Shown: positions 41,032 through 54,455, counted from the first letter of the whole stretch. The stretch: DNA of 63,996 nucleotides, filler included, from Hyphochytrium catenoides (GCA_900088475.1; 9 parts of 9 records of this genome joined end to end with filler, not necessarily neighbours in it); one strand, 5' to 3'. Numbers and translations: made by a program. Notes: generated from the letters alone by a model not told the origin.

Positions 41032-44000
41032 TTAGGAAGGAGCGTTGAAGCTCGTCCTGCCAGAGTCAACCTTTTCTCTGGCAGATATCAGCTCCACCAC
41101 CTCGCGATATTTGCGCCTTATGAACTGCCTGTCGAGCTCTCCGCCGACAGTGAGTTCACCTGTTCGTATAGAGAAATCCTCTTCGAGCAGCTCCCAGTGT
41201 ACTATCTTCTTATGAGGAGAGGAGGTCTTTCCGTTAATTGACTTGAAGTTCTCCTCCAGATAAGACTTCCAACGTGGACAGAAGAGAGCTTGTTCAACTG
41301 TGCGCGCTGGACTACCTATCGCCTTGGAGGTTAGGAGGGCCTCACGATCCAATCGGCCCTCGCCGTTAGTCTGCATATTGACGGAAAAGCCATGGGAGAC
41401 GCAACAATCAGAAGATATACACTGAAGAGAGGGAAGAACAAGACATCTAGTACTTACCTTGAGAGTCAACAGAGCGACAAGAATAGTGCGCTGGTAGCCA
41501 AGTACTATGCAGTGTGACAAGGCCCGAATTTCCTGTTTGATATCCAGAAAGGAAACAGAGGGTCAGGTGATAGTCTTGTCTTTCAGAGAGAATGCAAAGA
41601 AATGAGACAATCCTCGTCGTATCGGTCTGCAGTCTTAGTCAGCCCTTCGCTGGCCTAGCACCTTTTGCTTTCAAGGTGATTTTCAACTGTCATCTCCATG
41701 GCCCTGCCTTTTCTTTGTCGGTTCCTCTCCTCCCCCTGTCATTGTACCTTTAGGATGCTCTGCTCCAAAGGTGCAGGTGGCACGACAAACCCTCCTACTA
41801 TAATCTGCTCGTGCTTCAGTCCAGTCAGAAAGAGAAAGCCGTCCTGATCAATCTCTGCGGTGTACTTGGAGCCGTACCAACCACCTGACCGAATCACCTG
41901 AGAGGCAGAGACACAGTCAAAGAACAGAAAATCTGCTTAAACATAGGTTGAGCGGGACGAGGCGATCAGGCCGGATCAGACTAATAGATAGTGAGGTTTT
42001 AGAGGGCAAAGGAGTGGGACTGCCACCCTCCATTGGCGCAATATGCCGCCCATTGCTTCGTGATAGAGACAGGGAATGAAGGTGGCATGACATCTAAGAG
42101 GGAGTACAGCCGTGAGAACGAGGGAAAGGAATCGCCGAGAGATTAAGAACGAGATGCTGGTGAATGGGGACCTTCTTCGTTCTCTCTTCTGCCTTGAGAT
42201 ACCCCATCATTACGTTTCTCCCTGACAAACGCAATACATTTGTCACAGGGTCAACGTTCACCAGTACGCCGGGGAGCGGCTGCCCTTGCGACCCCACCTT
42301 CCACAGCCCCTCTGCAGATAAACGGCAGAGAAGAGGAAGCAGAGTAAGAGCGAGAGAGACGATAGGTGCGTGGAGACAACTAGAATCTGTGCACTGACCG
42401 GAGCTAAGTGCCACAGCACCTGTTCCTTCAGGGACAACCAAGACCTGATAGATTCCCATTTCTATCTTGGCAAAGAAGGACTCCACCTGCAGGCCAAAGC
42501 AAACGGAACACCAGCATGAGAAGCCAATCTCTCAGTGAGACGCTCTTCTAACGAAAGGAGAGACACCGCTTAAGGCAACAGGGGGGCATCTAAGCCCAAA
42601 CTTGGTCTGAGTGAATGGCAGATAGAGTCACGTACGTCCGGAGGCAGGGTCCCGCAGCCGCTGAACCTGGCTCTGCACTTGCTCAAGCCCAACTCTTGCT
42701 TTACGGGCTTCACCAGAAGACTTTCCAGCACCGCCTGCGAGAGAGAAGGAGAAGAAGAACTCCTTCCCTTTTTCCCCCTTGATGCTCCGTCGATCCAGTC
42801 AAGATTTCCTCTGGCAGTGGACTGGGCCAACTTGTCCACTATAGAACTTACCAAACGCTTTCTGCTTGCTAGCTGGCAGAGGAAGAAAGAAGTCAAGGCA
42901 CACATCATTAGAAGTCAAGAGACTCCCAGCATAGAGCCATGGCAAACTCGGAAACGGACTATCTGACACAGAGAGGACACGTCAAACTAGCGGGCAAACA
43001 GAGTTAGAGTCTCTGTGGCAGAGTGACGGTAAAGCCTTCACGTTTGCAAGTCTGGCTGCAGTTGCTACCATATATTCCTCTGCACCTCAAAAACCTCCTG
43101 CTCCTTAACGCTACTACTTGCTTACCACTCTGATCCTTTCCATTACTCTGCTCCAGACTCTGGGTATGGAGAAAAGAATAGTGGGCTCCGCGGTGTTCAA
43201 AGTGTGACCTAGAGAGCCGCCAAGGGCCAAACTATCCGCAAAGAAGACTTGAGCGCCGCCCTGCAGGGGAAGATGGATATCGAACAGCTGGGGTCCTGAT
43301 CGAATGCAGCATAAGGAGAGGAGATAAAAGAGAGAGAGGGACCAATGTTAGCGTCGCGTCCCATCTACCATTTGCAGCCACATAACCCATGCTGCCAGCC
43401 TTCTCCTGTCAACCCACAAAGTGCACATCTCCTACTCTCACGGTCTTAACTCCGTACCAATATGAGAAAGGGGAAGGTAGGAACAGAATCTGTCTGCCGA
43501 TGTTACCCCTCCCAGCTTCTCTGCTAGACTCCTCGCTGTCCAGGTGAAGTTATCATGGCTCAGCATTACGCCCAAAGGAGGAGAGGAGGGAGAATGGAGA
43601 TAAACTAAGGCGCAACATTGGTTGGGCTCCAGACTATCCTCTAAGCTTGTCACCATCACATCCTCAACTCTTGCTCCAAGAGAGAGAAAGGGCTCCCACT
43701 CATAAATTTGTACCTTTCCAGGAGAAGAGGTGTTATGAAGATGAGTCAGCCTGAGAAGAGACAATAGCAGGATAACTCGATCGACCCTAGCAATTCTAGT
43801 GCAATTGTGCTCTTGAGCTTTCACTCTAAAGGTTCGTGTTTGTCTCTCATACATCTCTTCCATTTCTTGAAGCCTCTCTCGCTCGCTGTCTTTCTTATTC
43901 AAACTCACCGGACACTCGACGTTGGCTGGCACACGATCATTGAAGACTACAATCTGCTGCAGGTGGGGAAGAGAGTGTGCGATCTCCGTAAACTTCGCAA

Positions 44001-45685
44001 GTTGCTTAGCATTCTCGACGACCACCGTGTGTGCCTGGGAATGATTAGCCGCCCAGTAACAAGCGTTAGGAGGGTTGGTGGGGTACAGGCCCACAGCCAC
44101 CCCACCGGCATGGATGGCTCCTAAATAAGCAATAAACCACTTTGGCGCAGTATTCCCTATGATTACTATGGACTGGAAAGACTTCAGCTGGGTGAAGAGA
44201 AGAGACTTCGTGAATGCAATCACACGGTTATAGTAGTCAGCATAAGTGTAGGAGACCCTGTCCCGGGAAGAGGAGGGAGAAAAAGNNNNNNNNNNNNNNN
44301 NNNNNNNNNNNNNNNNNNNGAGAGAGAGAGAGAGAGAGAATAGATAGAATGGAAAATTAGTTCGCTCTTAAGGAGGCAGGCCGCGAATAGAGGAGGCTAA
44401 GCAAAGGACGTAGACGACAGATGGGTCAGAAGTGGAAGAGAGAGGGTTGAGAGAAGGCTAAATCATGACGGAGGAGCGTCTACAGCAGAGACCGATCAGA
44501 AGGGAGACAACGCGGGGTTCAAACGTCGGGGAATGTAGGGACCAAAGAGCACAGACCTATGGAGAGTAGGAAGTAAAGCAGAGTGAAGAGCGAAAGGGAG
44601 ACTTGACCAGCGCGAAAGTCACTGGGGAGACACCTTACTGCGCCAGGAGAAACATACCTGGCAAACTCGCGAGGGAAGATGACAAGAGCGAACGAGGAGA
44701 TGCCTAGCAAAGAGTGCAACTTGAAAGGACACGTACCATTTTCCGTCCTCCAAAAACGTTAGCGCTGCGTCCTGCTTGTGTCTCTCCGCCGTCTCTCTAA
44801 AGAGCTGCGGGACCGTCCTTGGAGTCCAGGACTCCATCTGACGAGATCCCATTCTTAACCTCACCCGGCCATCTAGTCGCGATGTCTGAAAAAAAAAGAA
44901 AGAGAGAGAAAGAGACGGAGAGCACAACTTAGAACGGCAGAGCGGTTTGGAGTAGGAGTTAGGAAGATAGACAGAGGCTCGTCGACAACGCAAGAACTGG
45001 CCAAGAAGATAGAAACTCATTGGGTTCCACTTCATCGGCTGTTCAGCTTCCTCCAACTCAGCACAGTGCGGAGGGAGGGCGCGAACAAAGGAAGGACGAT
45101 TGAAGAGCAAAGTGAGAGGAAGACAAAGTGGCTACTGACAGCTAGGGGTAGACTTTCTCTGGAATACTTGTTCCAAGCCTGACTCTCATCGTCTCTCTCC
45201 TCAGCAGGGACCACTGTCTTACTAATGACAGGCCGTTCCTCTGCCTCCAGAGTCTCTCCACCTGGAAAGGCGTGAGAGATCCTTTGGATAGAATGCAGAG
45301 ATCCTATGTCAGACATCGAGAGTGAGCTGGCCCGCTGTAGAGGAGGATGAGGGAGACATTCCTTTTCCCGGCCTTCCTCCTCCAGGTCTTCTTCCAGAGC
45401 ATCCATGAAAGCTTCCTCGTCATCTTCTTCGTCTTCACCTGCACCTCCCCTCTGTCGTGCGCCTTCCGCATCCTGGAGGTGAGAGGGTCTAGAGATGGTC
45501 CCTACTAGAGCCCTGAGACTTGGCAAGACTGCAAGGCGCCTCGGTGAGGAGATGGCATCCATGTAGTGCTCGCTACTATCCGAGGAGAATGTATTGCGGG
45601 AGGGCGATAGAGGAGGCGTTATACTCCCATTCAGAGACGCGGAGTCTCTTCCTGCTGCCCCTTTGCCCTCCAGCACTCCCTCCAT
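41032..45685 (-). CDS. Bubblegum-type (ACSBG-like) acyl-CoA synthetase homolog with degenerate catalytic motifs and an N-terminal FFAT-like extension
   Basis: TSRLDGRVRLR...PRTVPQLFRE, IIGNTAPKWFIAYLGAIHAGGVAVGLYPTN, GVMLSHDNFTW, SYLPLSHI, GRNVMMGYL, DFSIRTGELT. Exon 1 (45140-45685) splices via GTCAGT...TTTTCAG into exon 2 at 44885 in phase 0. Confidence 0.88.
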
Positions 45686-47287
45686 CCTGCTAGAGCGTTG
45701 CACACCACTGCCGCCTCCCCCTTAACTATGATCCGTCTCCACTTTACCCCATTCTCTCCTCTTAGACAGCAAAGACGGAGACTCCTATCTCTTCAGAAGT
45801 CCCAGCCACGAGCCCTTCCGTCTACAATGCCACACCACTGACGGCTTTCCAGTCAGAACTGTTGGGCCAGCGGCGATAAGGTGGAGAGCCCTGCGAGCGC
45901 GGGTAATACTGAAACATCTAGCGAGCTCTGCTGTCTCCCTCTCCTCACTCACAGGCTATAGAACGCGAGCGGAGAGAGACAGCATGAGACCTCAAGGCGC
46001 AAGCAGCGCTTGAAGCTTGAGAAGAAACTACTTTGGTCGCGATGTTTCAGTTTGGCCATAGATTTGTATGTCCGCGCCGCCCTTCTTTCCTTCTGATCTT
46101 CCTGTTACAAATCTTAGAGGTGCTCTCCCTATAATATGGCCATGTATCCATGCTGTCCGAACTTAATTTATGAGTTATTTGACTCAGACTGGTGCTGAAA
46201 AGACGAGACCCGAATATAAATGTACGCCTGAGGATAGCTTGTAGAAAACTCTGTGACACAGACTCTATTACTTATATTCGGAAGTGTCCTCCTGGTTGTT
46301 CAGCTAACCCTAAGCAACCATTTGAGACAGAGATGACAGGCTGAAGCTTGTCAAACAGCGTCCTTTCTCTATATATATCTGTGTCTATAGGGAACGGTAC
46401 TGCTTGGGCAGAAGAGCCGCGTATATCCCTCGGTAGAGCGGGACAGATATCCCGCCAGAAGAACAGCATGAGGACCTTTAGGAGCTGAACGTAGAGGGAG
46501 TCCTATTATGGTGGGAGAGGATTAAACGTCGATGGTCCTTGGTAAGCCTTACGTCTCACTTACTTTATTGGACACCTCGCTGTCTTAGCACCTGGTTTGA
46601 CTGTGTGAAGGAATGCCGTGGGCCATCATGGAGGATGGCACAGAGAGAAAGGAAAGAAGCGATGTCATGAGGTGGCGCCACCCGTTTGTCCGTTCTGCGG
46701 AAGAATCAAGCGTCTTCGAACTAGAGAGCCAAGAACTCGAAAATGCTGCACTGATCCTTCCCTTCCACTTCTCTCCGTCTCTATCTTTCTCTCTTCCAAG
46801 AGTCCTGCCTGGTCTGTTCTTGCTCTATATTCAACGGCCATTCATCTGTGCAGTAATCATCAATCTTTTACTCCGGAGTATCTTGTTATGGCCCTCAATC
46901 ATAGTTACCCAGAAGCTGCCCTTTCTCTCAATGATCCTTCTAAAAATTGGCTTCCTTCCCTCTGCCTCTCCTTCTCCTTTGCTTGACTGCCTCTCTTGCC
47001 TCTCAAAAAACCCTGTCTCTCTTGTCTCCCCTTCTTGCGTGCTGTACCGACCACCCTGTTTCCCTCAAACCCTCTCCCTTCTTTCTTCTACTCTCTTCAT
47101 GCTATTTTGCTCGGTCCATGAGTGATGACTGACGAGCAACAGCGCAGAACTACGGTTTGACGGAGAGAAGAAAGGCAGAGAGAGTGGAAGTGGGAGCGAG
47201 AGGAAGGTCAAAAAACAAGAGAGAGAGAAGAAAGAGAAAGAGGGAGGAAAGAAAGAGAGAGAGAGAGAGTAAGAGATTAGAGTTAGT

Positions 47288-47319
<32 letters not shown>

Positions 47320-48149
47320 AACCACTTTTCACCACTGGAAACAGATTCCTCATCAAAAAGACCTCAATTTCTTGCCTCTGTCCGTTACAACGCCCAAAAA
47401 GGCTCGGATTATTATTCGAGTAACAAGAGCCAACGCTATTATTATTATTAACTGGAGGTTCTGGGTCTTCTTGTTAACCCGAGACTTATCTGCACTTGCC
47501 CATTCGATGGGATCTCAGTGTTGAGGCTCAGTGCACTGGTCAAGCGGCCTAGAAAGCAGCGGAGGAGAGCCTTCCGTAACTCTCAGAGCCTGGTCTACCG
47601 CTCGATGATGGCATCCTTGCCCTTCCTACCTGCTGTTATCTCTCTCTCCTCTCAATCCTCTTCTTTCTCTCTCTCTCTCTCTCTCCCNNNNNNNNNNNNN
47701 NNNNNNNNNNNNNNNNNNCTCTCTCTCTCTCTTCTCTTCCTCTCTCTCTTTTTATAAGGTGAATCTGCCTCTTTCCTTGAGGTTCCCTGGCATTTGATTA
47801 CTCTGACTGACCTATCTACTTTCTGTCTTTTGAGCAAACTGTCTCTTCTTCTACACCTCCTAGGTGCACCTTTGTCTCCTTTTCCTTTAACTCTGGGTTT
47901 TCGTTTTCTTCCCAACTTGACCATCAAGGCTTGGGCCAGGGTTCAACATAACGGCAGGATGTTGTCCACAGCCTTTGCCTGGCTTTCATCGTGCCCAACG
48001 ACATCAGTCTAGGGCATCAAGAACTTTCCTGGCATCAAACAGTCATTGACGTTGATTGCTGCGCTGTCCAGCTCCTCCCTGTCCTCTCTTCTTCGCAAGT
48101 TTCCCTCTTCTTCCTCTTCCTATTGCTCTCCCCTCATCTCTTTGTGACA

Positions 48150-49299
48150 TCGAAGCGTCACACTCTAGCACACGATCCGTTCCAATCTTCATTATCAGTT
48201 CTCCTATGGCCTTTGCACGACGCTACTCAGCATTGGAAGATAGGAATCAAGTCATCCACCTTGAGTCAAGAGAGCAAAACTCTCCAGCAGGCATAATGAG
48301 AAGAAGAATGGCGTCTGCACCAAGGGTCTGCCTTCAGATTGTATACAGCAGGTAGCGTCACTGTGCTTCTCTCTCTCTCTCGTTCTGCCTCTCTTTTGCT
48401 TCTTCTCTCTCCGGGTCTAGTTGCTCTCTCGATAGCTATGTCTCTTTCCTCTCTCTACCTCGCTCCCTCCCCGCTCTCTTCTGTTAACATGTGTTACCTG
48501 GGCTCACTTCTCTTTTCTCTCCCCTCTCAGAGTCCGCTATCTCCTTTGCGGACGGTGTTTTTATACCAGCGCGATCCAGCTTGACTATGACGAGCTAGAG
48601 GCAACAAACAGAGCAATCCATCAACGACTAGGAAAGGATGCTATGGTGCTCGCTGAAGATGTCATAGAGAAAAAAGGAGAAGAGAGAGAAGAAAAGGCAG
48701 AAAGACCTATCGTCTTTCTCTCTGCCCATGAGCTCTTTTCTCAAAGTGCGCTTGCGCAAGAGTCAGCAAGGAAAATTCAAGCCTTTGCTTCCAGTCAGAT
48801 AGAAAGACGGAAGAGAGAGAACGAGAGACTGCAAGAGGTGGAGAGAGAACCTAAGGCAAAGGAAGAAAAGACGGAGGCTAAGGAAGAAGAGATACAACCT
48901 CCTTCTCCAGTTTCGTCACCCGAAGGTCCTGAGAAAAAGGAAGAGCTCATTTTGACGACTAGGGAAGTGGACATATCTCAGGAAGAGAAGGCCAAGCAGG
49001 AAGAGAAGGCCAAGCAGCAGCTTTCTTCTCTTCCTCTCCCATCCTTTTCCCAGGATTTATGGCTCACTGTGGTGCCAGTCCAATGCCAACAGAGCCCTAA
49101 AGAGAGCCCGTATTCTTCCTTCTCATCAGACTGCACAGGAAGAAAGAAGCGATCTCTCTCTCCGCCTCCCCCGCCTCCTCTTCCCGTGGACAGCTCAGCT
49201 TTTCATCAGAGAATGAAGCAGCTCTGTTACGTGACCACTAAAGTGCCACTCGAGCAACAGCAGAGAACTGGCAGAAGGATTATCGGAGCCTCAGCCTAA
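48150..49299 (+). CDS. Hypothetical protein, at least two exons; may extend upstream to about 46600
   Basis: Exon 48150-48351 (...RVCLQIVYSR) splices in frame to 48531-49299 (VRYLLCGRCFYTSAIQLDYDELE...). Glu/Lys/Pro-rich, QEEKAK repeated twice. No family recognised. Confidence 0.5.
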
Positions 49300-49731
49300 C
49301 CCGTGTCTCGGTTTCCTATAGCTGCTCTCTCCCTCTCTCTCTCTGTGTTTCTCTCTCTCATTTCTTCTATGTGTCTCTTCAGCAGTAACTATGCTGCTGA
49401 CCTGACCCTGTTGTCATCCCAGGTGCTAAGGTTATTATTATAAATATTAGGCACAGTCTGTCCATCTTTCTTCCTCCCCCACTTTTAAAATCTTCCTCTA
49501 TCGATTTCCTCAGTCCCTGGCAGTTATCCTACTGGCCGGAAGGAGCTCCAAGCGAAGGATCCTCAAAAAGGGTTCTTCAGACTTCATTGTAAGAGAGAGA
49601 CGGCGAGGCACTCACGTGGAGGTAGAGAAGAGAGAGAGAGAGAAGAGGGTCGTCTGTGTACTAGCACTGCTGAAGAGCTCACGAAAAAAAAAGGCGAGAG
49701 AGAGAGAGAGAGAGAGAGAGAAATGGCGGCG

Positions 49732-52126
49732 CTAGGCTGTGGAGGCCGAAGCTAGAACCGAATAGGCGTTGTGAAGACAATTAACCTCCTCAACAGCCTC
49801 CGGCAGAGCTTGGCACAGCTCCAGGAAAGAGATGAACTTCCCCTGAGCCTTGCTCTCTTCTCCTTGCTCTGTTCTCTCCCTCTCTCCCGATTCACGTGCT
49901 GTCTCTTCTCCTCTCGCTGTCCGGAGGTCCAGCCCCTCCATCACTTCCTCCGAAAGAACAGCCTTGAGCTCAGCGATCGGCAGTCTTCTCTTGGTCTTCT
50001 CTCCAACACTGCGAGGATGGCTCTCGATGAATCTATAGAGGCCCTCGCTGTACCTCTGAGCAAAAAAGGAGAGAGAAGAAGAGAAGGCCAGGGAAGAAGG
50101 GGATGAAAGATCAGATAGAGAGAGAGACTCCGCCGCTGGCGTCTGTGCCAAGCATCTGAGGAGATCTGTGCCGTCCAAGCGTCCTTCCCTATCGCTCCAG
50201 CCCTGCAGGTAGAGCTCGCGCAAGAGTCTAAAGAGAAGAAACAAGCGGGACATTACGGCACGCAACCAAAGACAGAAGAGAGACAGTTAGAGAGGGAGAG
50301 AACAGAGTTTGGAAGGTAAGAAACAGTGATCAGCCGCAAGAGAAAGATGGCTCCACGTATCGGGTGAGAATCCATGTAATGAGAGAGAGAGCAGAGCAAT
50401 GGGAGAGAATGGTGGGGAGAGGGTGGGGGTGGGGCGGGAAGGAGGGAGGAGAGAGAGAGAGAGAGAGGGGGGGGGAAGAGAGAGACAGAGAAGAGAGAGA
50501 GAGCCCCAGAGGAGGATCACGTAGGGGATCAAAGAGAAACTCGACGCACTGAGACGCAGAGACAAGGAAGGGAAGGAAGTGCCGAAGTATTACCTCTTCT
50601 CTTCTTGCGTAAGTCCTGTTCCCACTTTCTCTGTCTCCTCTTCAAACCAAAGACGAATGTCAGCTAAGGCGTCGAGAGAGACGCTTAGATTCTCTATCAT
50701 AGGGGGTTCTAGTTGTTCCTGCTCTTGACTCCGATGTTGTTCCTGCTCTTGACTCCGATGTTGTTCCTCTTTTCTCTTTGCTTCTATCAGTTGGCTCCTT
50801 AGACACAGGAGTTCATCCACCTCAGGAAGGCGAGAAAGGGCTCCACAGGCAAGAGAGTGAAGCAGATCCCTCACGCGAATCCCTTTCTCTCTCTGTCCCT
50901 TGCTGTCCTTCTTGCCTCTCCTCTCCCCTCGGGCAGGGTAGAGTCTCGCCAAATGAGCAAATATTTCCTCTCTTCTTAGAAGGGAAAGAAGATTGTCCTT
51001 GCAGGTGACAGAGAGGTCTCCTAAAGGAAAGTGGAGAGAATGAGTGGAAGTCCTGCAACTCGTCATGGTTGATGAAAAGTACCTCTCTATCTGGCCCCCT
51101 TTCTCTCGTTGCCTCTCTCTCGTCTCTTCTCTCTCTTCTCTCTTCCCTTCTCTCCCGCTCATCTTCTTTAATGCGGTCTCTCTCAGCATTCCACCCTCTC
51201 TCTCTGTTTATTTCTCTCTCTGTCTTCTTTCTCTCTCTCTCTCACTCTGTCTCTCTCTTTGGCTTCTTACCTCTATAAATAGTGGGAGTACCCTCCGTTT
51301 CTTGAATGTGCGGCTTTAGAGCTACGAGAGAGCTGTGCAGTTTGGCAGCGGAGACTGGATGACGATACGTCTCTAGGACGCTAGCCCTGTCAGAGAGAAA
51401 GCGGGGCCAGAATAGAAAGGGGAACACCGTAAGAATAAAGCTATGCGACTGCGTCTTTTCTCCTGCCAATGTAAAGGCCAACTTTTATCCCACCAAACCG
51501 TGCGCTGTATCTTCCGCTTACCTTTCAAGCATGTTTATGTTGCTGGAAGGCACTGGCAGGTCTTGCAGCGTCTCGACCTCGAAGCGAGCGTAGCTTAGAA
51601 GTCGTGAGGTGAGAGAGAGGATGAGAGAATGTGCGTCGGCCGTCCACCTGAGAGCCAGGCATTGTAAATAGACGAGAAGGGAAACAAAAGCAGAAGTGCA
51701 GTCATGTTAGCAGCTGCCACCGTCTGTTAACAGGAAAGAGGCTTCCTCGATCTCTTACCTCCCGATCAGGTTATCCAGCGCCTCTCTTCGCGTCCTAGCC
51801 TTCTCTCTCTCTCCTTCTCGCAGCTTTCCAGTGAGACGGTTCATAGCGACAATCCGCTGTAGAAATTGCAGGGCCGCAGAGGAAAGAACGTCCCCATACA
51901 ATCGGTTCTGCTCATGAGAGAAGGCTGTCTCTTCTTTGTTGTCTAGTTCTGTTGACTGTTCCTGTCCTGCGGTCCCTGCTTCTCTTCTTCCTTCTGGTTG
52001 AACTTCAAGTCTTAGTGACAATCGCACTTCTTCCAAACTCTCTCTCTCTAAGCGTCTGAACCGCGTCACGCTCTCACTATCCACCTCTCCACCTCGCTGT
52101 TGCGTTTGCTGATGAGAGAAAAGAAA

Positions 52127-52164
<38 letters not shown>

Positions 52165-52639
52165 CCGAGGAGGGGGCAGAGAAAGAAGCGACGAGGTTTA
52201 GAGGAAATTTCCTACTCCGTAGCACCATGTCAGGCGGTTGTCTACCTCGTGGGAGCGCTGCAGCCATGTTCGAAGTGACCCTTCTGTCTCTTGGCCGTAG
52301 AGAGGAGCTGCGTCGGAGGCACCAATGGAGACAAAGTACTCCTGAGCAAGCCTGCTGAAGGTCTCAAAGCGCTTTATGTGTGAAATGCAGAGAAATGGAA
52401 CGTATGCAAAAAGAGAGAGAGAGATAGAAGAGAGAGAGAGAGAGTAAATACGAGTGAAACAGAGTGAAGACGAATGGTGTTAGTGAGCTACAGACGTGAG
52501 GCCGAGCGGCTGGGAGAGAGACAGAGAGAAAGCCGAAACATAGGGGTGCATCACAAACTGAGTGAAAGTGAAAGAGAAAAAGAGAGAGAGAGAGACAGAG
52601 ACAGAGAGAAAGAAAGAAAGAGAGAGAGACACACACACG

Positions 52640-52670
<31 letters not shown>

Positions 52671-53208
52671 TGCAGAGTGGAGCAATCTAGGAATGATGAC
52701 AGAGAGGATCGAAGACGTCAACAAAAGAGAAGGGTATCTAATCTTTCAGGAATAGTGACCTTGGACACTCCCTCCGCCCTGCTCTCTCTGTCTCTCTCTC
52801 TTAGTGTCTGGCCCTACTTACCTCGCTCTCCGTGGCCAGCAGCCCAGCCAGGATGTCCCAAAAGAGAGAGATCTGCGCCTCTGTCTCTTTCTCTTGTCTC
52901 TCCTGAAGCTTACTCAATTTCTTCTCCTGCTGGACAGTCTGCAGCTCCATGTAGTCTCCTAGCTGCAGCTCCAAGCTCGCCACCGTGTTCTAAGAAGAAA
53001 GAGAGGTCAGCAATAAGGCCAGAATGCACTGAGGAACAAGAGAGAGACACGGGAGAGTTTGCTAACAGCAGAAGAAGACATGGAGAGAGATGATAATTAT
53101 ATCTGAGCCATGAGGAGGACGGGAAGCGAGAATATGGAGAAATGCCGAGATCATTAAAAGAGAGAACGCACGGCAGGGAGTCGAATAGTGACAGGCGCGC
53201 AGGCGAGA

Positions 53209-53274
<66 letters not shown>

Positions 53275-54455
53275 TCCTCGTAGGGGAGTGACGTCCTTGA
53301 TCGGCAGGGTATACCGTCATCGTGGAGACTTCCGCTCTGGTGTTATTCTTCCTTCGAATTCTTTGCACTTCTGCCACACTTTGCTCTATCCACTTGCGTC
53401 TATCGTCTTCTCCTGTCGGGCCTTTCTCTCCATTTCTTTCTCCTTCATCCCGGAGGAAGTTGGCCAATGCCTCTCTCCATTTACTCTCTCCTTCTCTTGA
53501 GAGATGACAGAGGCGGAGGAAGATTTGCAAGAGAGAACTCAGGTACCGCTGCTCCGCCTATTGACGGAGAGAACCAAGATCAGAGGGAGGGAGAGATAGA
53601 AGGGAGAAGGGAGACAGGGATCGTTACCTCTTCAAGCCTCTCTCCCACATGCTTAACCTTTTCTACGTCAATCGACCGTAAGCCCAGAAGGACCTCTCTC
53701 CGCATCAGCTGGCCTTCACTTAAAGAGGAGAGCTTCTTGCTCAATCGTGAGCTCTACGCAAAAGGAGCAGTACAGTCAAAGATAACGAGAAAGTGTAGGT
53801 GCGTGTGAGGCAGAATACAAAGAGAGAGAGAGAGAGAGACAGAGAGAGGGAGGGAGAGAGGGAGGAGAGAGACAGAGAGAGGTGCTTAGTGAGCGAGAGG
53901 CGGCGTCAGCGTTTCAAGGAAGAGAAGAGAGAAAGAATAACAAGGAAGAGAAGAGAGAAAGAATAACAGCGAGAGAAAGAGGGGGATATAACAAAATGAG
54001 AGAGAGAAGTTTGCCAAGACAGAGCTAGAGGAGCAAACTGTTAGCCATTTGCTAAGGATGGAGGAAGAGAGAAGAAGCGAGTTATGAAGCAAAGCACCAG
54101 ATCCGGAGCAACTTTCTTGGAGAGCTTGGAGGCTGAAGATGCGGCGCCGTCTAGTGCCTGAGTTGGGGCCTGAGCCGAGCCGCGCTTGGGGCTCTAGAGA
54201 GAGGAGAGACGTGCAAGTCAGCCGGAGGCCTAGTGTTTGAGAAAGAGAAGAGAGAGAGTGGAAAAGAGAACATGGAAGATACCGTGGGGGTAGGACACTA
54301 TGTCAAGAGTGTCTGCGAAGAGGGCCACAAGGCAAGACGAAATAAGAAAGAAGAGAGACTAGCAGAGAAAGAAGAGAGATTGACCTTTGCCTTCTTCCCT
54401 TTCTTCTGAATCTCAAGCCTCTGGGCCGCTACCAGCGGTCTTCCTTGTGACAGCT
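49732..54455 (-). CDS. Large multi-exon helical/coiled-coil hypothetical protein, 5'-truncated by a contig break
   Basis: Coding-like segments at 49732-50265, 50595-51020, 51760-52110, 52820-52990, 53310-53550 and 53630-53750, flanked by splice signals and GA/CT-rich introns. 24-bp EQHRSQEQ duplication at 50712-50768. Confidence 0.5.
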
